A stretch of DNA of 64,000 nt. Origin: Fibrobacteraceae bacterium (GTDB lineage Bacteria; Fibrobacterota; Fibrobacteria; Fibrobacterales; Fibrobacteraceae). This document shows, in pieces, positions 57,800 through 64,000 of the stretch. The notes under the pieces are model-generated. The model saw nothing but the letters and a program-made list of their open reading frames with translations. It ran no database searches and was not told where the DNA came from. Position numbers and translations under genes: made by a program. How positions within the stretch are numbered: the first letter of the stretch is position 1; each line of letters opens with the position of its first letter. Location: the NCBI GenBank assembly GCA_045629945.1, contig JAZQSE010000012.1:13514-77513 (forward strand). The letters run 5' to 3'.

Positions 57800-57952
57800 T
57801 TATGCTGAATATTTCAATAGAGTGGAACCAACGAAAAAGACAACTGCCACTACAGCCAAAAGAATGATAATTCGCTTGTCAATCTGGCGAGATTTCTTTG
57901 GAACGAAATTCTGTGCTTTACGTTTTGCACGACGACGTTCACTTCGACTCAT
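57800..57952 (-). CDS. 50-aa basic single-pass membrane protein (below ORF-track cutoff)
   Basis: AAGGAG lies 7 nt before ATG 57952. Sequence: MSRSERRRAKRKAQNFVPKKSRQIDKRIIILLAVVAVVFFVGSTLLKYSA. It ends 15 nt before dnaN. Confidence 0.55.
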   Translation of the reverse strand: MSRSERRRAKRKAQNFVPKKSRQIDKRIIILLAVVAVVFFVGSTLLKYSA

Positions 57953-58024
57953 TGGTAAACTCCTTGATTTCCTTTTTAACTTCTCTTAAAATAACTATTT
58001 TAATATAAAAATGTGGAGACCCCT

Positions 58025-58303
58025 ATGGTAAAAAACTCTCTAAAAAGAATAAAATCCGGCGCAACACATTGTGCTTCATCTGTTCTTTTTCGTTTAGACT
58101 TGATTACAGAAGAGTCCAGACAAGAAAAACGCTTCAAAATTTTAGGCGAAAAAGTATTACAAGCTGTTTTAGATGACAAACTTGATACCTTAAAAGACGA
58201 TCCTTCTATCGTAGAACTTGTTGGTGCTATCCAAGAAAAGAAAAAAATAATCCAAGAATTACGTCAAAAAGCATCTTTCAAAGGTCCTTGTGAAAAAAAT
58301 TGA
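58025..58303 (+). CDS. Small helical hypothetical protein
   Basis: About 92-aa ORF overlapping the start of the downstream M23 gene by 14 nt. No motif recognised. Confidence 0.4.
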   Translation: MVKNSLKRIKSGATHCASSVLFRLDLITEESRQEKRFKILGEKVLQAVLDDKLDTLKDDPSIVELVGAIQEKKKIIQELRQKASFKGPCEKN

Positions 58304-59132
58304 AATCCATATTTTCCCAGAAAAAACGGCAGATAAGAAATTTTTCCGAATTTCTGTCCCTCGCATTATCTGTTTCATTGCCGCTGTAATCATTTCCATT
58401 ACAGGCTTCATTTTATTCAATCCTTTAGAAATCTTTCGCTTAGTTTCTGATAAACAAGTTCTACGAGTCTATCAGGAAAATAAATTCCTGAAAGAAGAAA
58501 TTCAAAAAACAAAAAACAATCTGGAATTAGCCAAACAGGAATTAGCTGTTACAGACTCTTTAAAAGATTCTTTGTTTCATGATAAAGCAATCCAGCACAT
58601 ATCAAATTCACAAGTAAAAGAACTCTTTCCTTTGCAAGTGGCATCTTATAACATTCCTGATTTAACAAAACACAGAAAAATTTTACTCAAGACCTTACAA
58701 GCAAACAAACAAATAGCCAAGTCATTGCCCTTGGTAATGCCTTTAAAAGAACCATACACTACCACCAATCGTTACCAGACTCTTTTCGACCCTTTTATTG
58801 AACAGAATCTCCCGCACCGGGGTATAGATTTAGTTCCCACTGAAAATGATACCATTTTTGCGCCTGGTGGCGGAATAGTTTCTGAAATCCGAGAACATAG
58901 AGGTTTTGGCTTAACCCTGAAGTTAGAGCACACAGAGCACATTCGGACATTTTACGCTCATATACAAAAAGCTCTTGTTACAAAAGGTTCTCAGGTAAAA
59001 AGAGGAATGCCTATTGCTATCGTTGGAAACTCCGGACGTTCTCCAGGAAAAACACTTCATTATGAAATTCGTTATGACGGAAACGCCATCAATCCAGAGC
59101 ATTATATTTTATATCCCGTAAAAATGGATTAA
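58290..59132 (+). CDS. Membrane-anchored M23-family metallopeptidase (EnvC/NlpD-like)
   Basis: One TM helix, a coiled coil, then HRGIDL and GNSGRSPGKTLHYEI. Confidence 0.8.
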   Translation: MKKIEIHIFPEKTADKKFFRISVPRIICFIAAVIISITGFILFNPLEIFRLVSDKQVLRVYQENKFLKEEIQKTKNNLELAKQELAVTDSLKDSLFHDKAIQHISNSQVKELFPLQVASYNIPDLTKHRKILLKTLQANKQIAKSLPLVMPLKEPYTTTNRYQTLFDPFIEQNLPHRGIDLVPTENDTIFAPGGGIVSEIREHRGFGLTLKLEHTEHIRTFYAHIQKALVTKGSQVKRGMPIAIVGNSGRSPGKTLHYEIRYDGNAINPEHYILYPVKMD

Positions 59133-59145
59133 AAAGGTTTTGAAA

Positions 59146-60105
59146 ATGACTTTGCCTCCTTTTTCACAAAATGTTATCGCAATGGTTTGGGATTTTGACA
59201 AGACATTAATCCAAACTTATATGCAAGACCCTTTGTTCAAACGCTATCAAGTAGATGGCTCGGCTTTTTGGAAAGAAGTGAATTCACTTTCTGAATATTA
59301 TTCTAGAAGAGGCATTTCTATTAACAGAGATACCTGCTATCTAAATCATATTCTAACATACGTTAAAGCAGGTATTTTCAAAGGTCTTTCTAACAGAATT
59401 TTAAGAGAATGTGGAAAAGAACTCTCTTTTTATCCAGGTCTTCCTTCGTTTTTCGAACAAATTAAGAAATCAATTGAAGAAAACGAAAAATACCAAAAAT
59501 ACGGTATCCGCCTTGAACATTATGTTGTCAGCACAGGGTTTTCTGAAACAATCCGCGGCAGTGCAATTGCTCCTTATGTTGATGGTATTTTTGGTTGTGA
59601 ATTTATTGAATCTCCTGCACAACCCGGCTTTTCAAAAGAAAATCCTATTGAAGCAGAACAAGAAATTTCTCAGATTGCTGTCGCTATTGATAACACATCA
59701 AAAACACGTTATCTATTTGAAATCCATAAAGGGTCCAATAAGTTTCCGGAATCCATTGACGTCAATTCGTTTATCAAACAAGAAAACAGACGTATTCCTT
59801 TCAGCAATATGATTTATATTGCCGACGGCCCATCAGATGTTCCGGCATTCAGTATTCTGAACTCTCACGGTGGCTCTACTTTTGCTATTTACCCAAAAGG
59901 TGATATGAATGCGTTTCGACAAGTAGAACATTTAAGACAAGACGGGCGTATTGCAACATTTGGCGAAGCGGATTATTCTGAGAAATCGCATACATGGATG
60001 TGGCTTTGTGGGAAAGTTCAAGAAATTGCTGATAAAATATTAAAGAACCATACCGATTCTATACAAAAGAATGCTTCTCTCCCTCCTTCTCATTTGTCCT
60101 CTTGA
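59146..60105 (+). CDS. HAD-superfamily hydrolase-like protein
   Basis: N-terminal MVWDFDKTL (DxDxT motif I) and IYIADGPSDVPAF (motif IV-like). Confidence 0.6.
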   Translation: MTLPPFSQNVIAMVWDFDKTLIQTYMQDPLFKRYQVDGSAFWKEVNSLSEYYSRRGISINRDTCYLNHILTYVKAGIFKGLSNRILRECGKELSFYPGLPSFFEQIKKSIEENEKYQKYGIRLEHYVVSTGFSETIRGSAIAPYVDGIFGCEFIESPAQPGFSKENPIEAEQEISQIAVAIDNTSKTRYLFEIHKGSNKFPESIDVNSFIKQENRRIPFSNMIYIADGPSDVPAFSILNSHGGSTFAIYPKGDMNAFRQVEHLRQDGRIATFGEADYSEKSHTWMWLCGKVQEIADKILKNHTDSIQKNASLPPSHLSS

Positions 60106-60274
60106 ATAATTTGACAATTTCAGTGCCATTCTTGTAATAAAAGAAAAACATTTACTTGTTAAAATCACTATATTTTCTTTCTAGAAATTTATTTTCTGAG
60201 TTTTGTTTTAAAAACAGAAAAGAAGATATTGGCTTTTCTGTTTGTGTAATTTTTGTTTTAGGAGTTTAAGGTCT

Positions 60275-61810
60275 ATGAAACAACCCGCCACCAAGCGGAA
60301 AATTTTGATTAGCAAGACCCCTTATGAGAAAAGAATTGCCATTATGGAAGATGGTGAACTTTCTGAGCTTGTCGTAGAAGCGTCTTCTTCAACGAGAGTT
60401 CTTGGAAATATTTATAAAGGAGTCGTGCAAAAAGTTTTACCCGCCCTTAAAGCCGCTTTTATTGACATCGGTCTTGATAAAGCTGGTTTTCTTCACCAAG
60501 ATGACGCCATTGACCGCAACATAGAATTGCGCAAAGATTATGGCGATAGTGATGATGACGATTCTGTCAGTTCTGAACTACCCATTGACCAGATTCTTAC
60601 CGAAGGGCAAGAGATTATGGTTCAAGTGATTAAAGAACCTATCAGCACAAAAGGGGCTCGTTTGACAACTCATCTGAGCTTTGCTGGTCGTTTTCTTGTT
60701 TGCATGCCAGGAACTAATTTCGTTGGTGTTTCTAAAAGAGAACGCGATCCTGCTAAACGTCGTGCATTGAAAAAAGCTGTTCGCCATAATAAAGCTCCTG
60801 ACGTTGGTTATATTGTCCGCACAAATGGCCTTACAGAATCCGAATTTGAAATTAAAAGGCAAATGCAAGAACTCGAAGCGAAATGGGAAGAAACCAAAAT
60901 AAACTTCGAAACAATGCCTGCTGAAACATGTATCTATGAAGAATCCGATTCTATAGAACAAACCATTCGTGAATACTTCAGTGAAAATACAGAATCCGTT
61001 TTTATTGATGATAAAGATGAATTTATCGCTTTGCGCAATTATTTGCGAATCCTTTCTCCGGATAAAATCAATAAATTAAAATTCCATTCTGCCGGAAATC
61101 TGTTTGAATTATTCCATATAGAAGATGACTACGCAAGAACTTTACAACGTCAAGTTCCTTTGGCTCATGGTGGTAACATCGTTATTGAACAGACAGAAGC
61201 TCTTGTATCAATTGATGTTAATACCGGTCCAAAAGTTCATGGTAAAGATCAGGCAAAAATTATTCTTGAAACCAATCTTGATGCCTGTCATGAAATCGCA
61301 AAACAACTCAGATTACGCGATATCGGTGGTTTGATTATCATTGATTTTATTGATATGGACACTGAAACAGACAGAGAAGCCGTTTACCAAGAATTCCGCC
61401 GTGCCATTCGTTGCGACAAAACACCTATCAGTCCTTCTCCAATCAGCCCCTTCGGTCTTATGGAAGTGACTAGAAAACGCGTGCGTGCCAACTTGTTTAC
61501 TGAAAAAACGATGAACTGCCCTGTTTGTAATGGAGCCGGTCATATTTATCGTTGGGATACTACACTTGGTTTGATTGATCGTTCTTTAGGTCGTGCAAAA
61601 CGTAAGGGACATCTTAACGAAATTACTTTAGTAGCAAGTACAGCTATTATTGATATTCTCTGCCGCGATATGGGCAAGATGTTCCATTACCTTGAATACA
61701 AGAACAAAATAAAGATTGATCTTGTTGAAGATGAACGTTCTCATGTTAACCAATTCTCGCTTTATAATAAAGAAGGCGAAGAAGTTACAGATTTATTCAA
61801 TTTCTCTTAA
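60275..61810 (+). CDS. rng: Ribonuclease G/E family endoribonuclease
   Basis: S1 domain GNIYKGVVQKVLPALKAAFIDIG, catalytic LVSIDVNTG, and GGLIIIDFIDM. ATG 60275 preceded by AGGAG. Confidence 0.85.
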   Translation: MKQPATKRKILISKTPYEKRIAIMEDGELSELVVEASSSTRVLGNIYKGVVQKVLPALKAAFIDIGLDKAGFLHQDDAIDRNIELRKDYGDSDDDDSVSSELPIDQILTEGQEIMVQVIKEPISTKGARLTTHLSFAGRFLVCMPGTNFVGVSKRERDPAKRRALKKAVRHNKAPDVGYIVRTNGLTESEFEIKRQMQELEAKWEETKINFETMPAETCIYEESDSIEQTIREYFSENTESVFIDDKDEFIALRNYLRILSPDKINKLKFHSAGNLFELFHIEDDYARTLQRQVPLAHGGNIVIEQTEALVSIDVNTGPKVHGKDQAKIILETNLDACHEIAKQLRLRDIGGLIIIDFIDMDTETDREAVYQEFRRAIRCDKTPISPSPISPFGLMEVTRKRVRANLFTEKTMNCPVCNGAGHIYRWDTTLGLIDRSLGRAKRKGHLNEITLVASTAIIDILCRDMGKMFHYLEYKNKIKIDLVEDERSHVNQFSLYNKEGEEVTDLFNFS

Positions 61811-61821
61811 TAAATCTTTAT

Positions 61822-61854
61822 AAAGTAATGGGCGCTGAAAGCGCCCATTACTTT
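61822..61854. terminator. Strong bidirectional terminator between rng and the PorV-like gene
   Basis: AAAGTAATGGGCGC-TGAA-GCGCCCATTACTTT, a 14-bp stem flanked by A/T runs. Confidence 0.85.
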
Positions 61855-61857
61855 ATT

Positions 61858-62763
61858 TTAAAAAGCTAATCCTAACCGTAAATGATGGTTTCCGCCAAGA
61901 CTTGGATTTGCCTCATAAGCGTAATCAACACTTATTCCACCAAAGCAAACTCCTAAGCCACCACTTACTCCATCTTCTGTATCTGGTCTGAGTGCATAAC
62001 CTACTCGCAAAACAAGAATTTTCAAATAAGCGATTTCAAGACCACTAAAAAAATGCATATCAGAATCTGCACGGCGATAAAGATCGGCATGTAAGGCAAA
62101 ATCAAAAATGGAAACATTTGGTATTTGTAATGTAACACCTGACTGCAAAGCTGTTGGCGGCACTTCGTGTTTTGAATCATAAGCCGTTACATAACCTGCA
62201 TTGGTAATTGTCGCTCCAAATGCAATATATTTATTCAACAAAACAGACACACCACCATCTACTAAAAAGCCCAAAGCCGTTTCATCATCTATGGTCTGAG
62301 AAGCAAATCTTGCAGTAATAGCCCACTTGAACATATTAGGAGAAAATCCAACTCCAACTTGAAGAGCATAAGCCGAACTAGAATATTCTCCCGTTAAAAA
62401 ACCATCTTCATCTCGACCTTCTAAATCACCATACCCTAAAAATTCTAACCCGGCACTGAACGCAAAGTGTCTGTATGGCAAAGCATAATATAACGATGTA
62501 AAACTCGCTTCAACATCTTCTGCAAAAATAATTTGATTTAATCCAAATTCTGCTTCTCTTGAAGCAAGCATCGCTAAAGGATTGCGAGAAACTTCTGATG
62601 CACTTTGAGGAGACGCAACACCAGCCCCACCTAAAGCGGCCATACGCGGAGATGACTTCAAATAAAGAAACTTCATGGTAGAAGCACCTGATTCCGCATT
62701 CCAATAGTCTCCTGCAAAACAAGCCAACGCACAAAAAGTCATTAAGAAAAATATTTTTTTCAC
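61858..62763 (-). CDS. PorV/PorQ-family-like outer-membrane beta-barrel (T9SS-associated)
   Basis: Has a signal peptide. The SPRMAALGGAGVASP...SRNPLAM block resembles the AR..A.GGA....NPA motif I associate with PorV/PorQ/UPF0164 barrels. Ends HLRLGLAF. Confidence 0.45.
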   Translation of the reverse strand: MKKIFFLMTFCALACFAGDYWNAESGASTMKFLYLKSSPRMAALGGAGVASPQSASEVSRNPLAMLASREAEFGLNQIIFAEDVEASFTSLYYALPYRHFAFSAGLEFLGYGDLEGRDEDGFLTGEYSSSAYALQVGVGFSPNMFKWAITARFASQTIDDETALGFLVDGGVSVLLNKYIAFGATITNAGYVTAYDSKHEVPPTALQSGVTLQIPNVSIFDFALHADLYRRADSDMHFFSGLEIAYLKILVLRVGYALRPDTEDGVSGGLGVCFGGISVDYAYEANPSLGGNHHLRLGLAF

Positions 62764-62764
62764 G

Positions 62765-64000
62765 TTATTCTCCGCGGAAAGATTCCAACACTTGAATACA
62801 ATCCGTTAATAGTTTCTTTGCTCGTTCTTGAGAACTGGCTTCGACATAACAACGCAATTCCGGAGCATTACCACTTGGTCGTAAATGAATGATTTCTTCT
62901 GAATCAAAAGTCATTCTGAATCCATCTGTTTCATCAATTGCTTTTAATTTTCCTGAAAATTTTCCAAACAATATTTCGCCTGAATTTTCACTTTTAATTT
63001 CAGCAATTTTTTGTTTACTTCTTTCTGTTGGGAAATTTTTCAACCTATCACTTGCAGAAAAACGACTTGGTAATTCTTTCAACAAATCTGAAACTTTGAA
63101 TTTTAAGTTTTTCGCATTTACCAAAACACTAATAATCGGAAGCAAAGCGTCTCTTGTTGGCAAAGCTTTTAAAATTTTCCCTGCTTTTTCCACATTAGTT
63201 TGTAATAAGAAACCGCCATTTGCTTCATAGCCTGCTACTGAATTAAAATCTTGTGCTAAAGATTCCATGCCTTCAATCACATAAGGGCTACCAATTCGAG
63301 TGCGACAAATTTTCTTGAAACGATTGGATTTTTCTAATGCAGTATTACAACTAACAGGGGTTGCTACACTAGAAATTTCAAGCGCCGTGGCAGCAAGAAT
63401 TCCAAGGACATCTCCTCGTAGCCATTCTCCATTTTCATCAGAAAGTAAAGGCCTATCCGAATCACCATCGGTACTTACAAGCGCAAAAAAGCCTTCTTTT
63501 GCCCATTCTCTTGCAAGCCTAGAATCTTCTTCTCGAATCGCTTCGGTATCCACAGGTATAAAAGTTTCTGAACGCCCAAGAGAAATAATTTCTGCGCCTA
63601 ATTCTCGAAGAACTTTGGAAAGAATATCTCTGCCAACAGCTGAATGTTCGTAAACACCTATTTTTAAACCTTCAAGAGCATTTGCCGGATAAAAAGAAAC
63701 ATAGCGGGAAACATAAATTTCTTCTGCGGTAGCATTTACTTCAGGAAGCATTGTTGGACGCAACAGCCTTCCCTTTTCATCAAATAAATTTTCATTTATA
63801 TCTATTTCTTGTTTTACAATTCCCTGTTCGTCTTTTTTGGTAATCTCTCCCTTTGGGTGATTAAATTTTATTCCATTACGATCTTCTGGAATATGGCTTC
63901 CTGTTACCATTACTGTCGGAAGAGTTTTTTCAATCCCATAAAGAGCAATCGCTGGACTTGGGATTCGGCCACAATAATTCACCTTCCAGCCACAATCCAA
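62765..64000 (-). CDS. Phosphomannomutase/phosphoglucomutase (alpha-D-phosphohexomutase); N-terminus beyond the window
   Basis: TGSHIPEDRNGIK (active-site Ser loop), STDGDSDRP (Mg loop), GYEANGG (sugar loop) and RPSGNAPELR (phosphate loop). The frame is open to the window edge. Confidence 0.85.
   Translation of the reverse strand: MDCGWKVNYCGRIPSPAIALYGIEKTLPTVMVTGSHIPEDRNGIKFNHPKGEITKKDEQGIVKQEIDINENLFDEKGRLLRPTMLPEVNATAEEIYVSRYVSFYPANALEGLKIGVYEHSAVGRDILSKVLRELGAEIISLGRSETFIPVDTEAIREEDSRLAREWAKEGFFALVSTDGDSDRPLLSDENGEWLRGDVLGILAATALEISSVATPVSCNTALEKSNRFKKICRTRIGSPYVIEGMESLAQDFNSVAGYEANGGFLLQTNVEKAGKILKALPTRDALLPIISVLVNAKNLKFKVSDLLKELPSRFSASDRLKNFPTERSKQKIAEIKSENSGEILFGKFSGKLKAIDETDGFRMTFDSEEIIHLRPSGNAPELRCYVEASSQERAKKLLTDCIQVLESFRGE

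Noticed and set aside
56660-58012. Replication origin next to dnaN.
   Set aside because: There is no dnaA gene in the window. I found no TTATCCACA-type DnaA-box cluster in the flanking intergenic DNA. The upstream gap is occupied by a small ORF and a short promoter region.

Overview
This is a chromosomal segment of a visibly AT-rich diderm bacterium. LpxK, TolC, several beta-barrel OMPs and two type IX secretion parts (a 2261-aa SprA-like protein and a PorV/PorQ-like barrel) point to the FCB group. Frequent AAGGAG ribosome-binding sites, a CBM3 cellulose-binding module and a CBM48 glycogen-binding module make me guess Fibrobacterota, which I cannot prove from sequence alone. I call 54 protein-coding genes, three of them absent from the ORF track, plus one tRNA-Val. 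I see no rRNA, CRISPR, transposase or integrase. Most genes are housekeeping: ftsY, clpP, aroD, rpe, lysA, prs, nhaA, rsmG, coaE, lpxK, lysC, pta, pfk, dnaN, ttcA, rng. Four parts are not ordinary. (1) 1-9.5 kb is a tightly packed minus-strand surface-glycopolymer locus. It holds CDP-alditol synthesis genes, two TagF-type polyol-phosphate transferases, a Wzx flippase, an O-acyltransferase and an LtaS-like sulfatase-family gene that runs off the window. It also holds a GT2 synthase fused in frame to a signal-peptide-like segment and an 8-strand OMP-like barrel. (2) 14.6-21.8 kb is an accessory island of five secreted proteins. These are a CBM3 / I9-like / S8 / P-domain-like / CUB-like subtilase, a small 4-Cys protein just upstream of it, and three paralogs of a family I do not recognise. 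Explicit duplication and decay scars tie the paralogs to the protease gene. This is my best candidate for an undescribed system. (3) 41.8-42.4 kb is a 239-bp tandem array of hairpin/inverted-repeat-rich elements. A consensus sigma-54 promoter in front of hsp20 follows it, and a sensor-less sigma-54 activator lies 3.5 kb away. (4) A GC-rich leader precedes lysC and carries lysine-riboswitch-like fragments. All calls rest on by-eye motif recognition and manual alignment; no searches were run.
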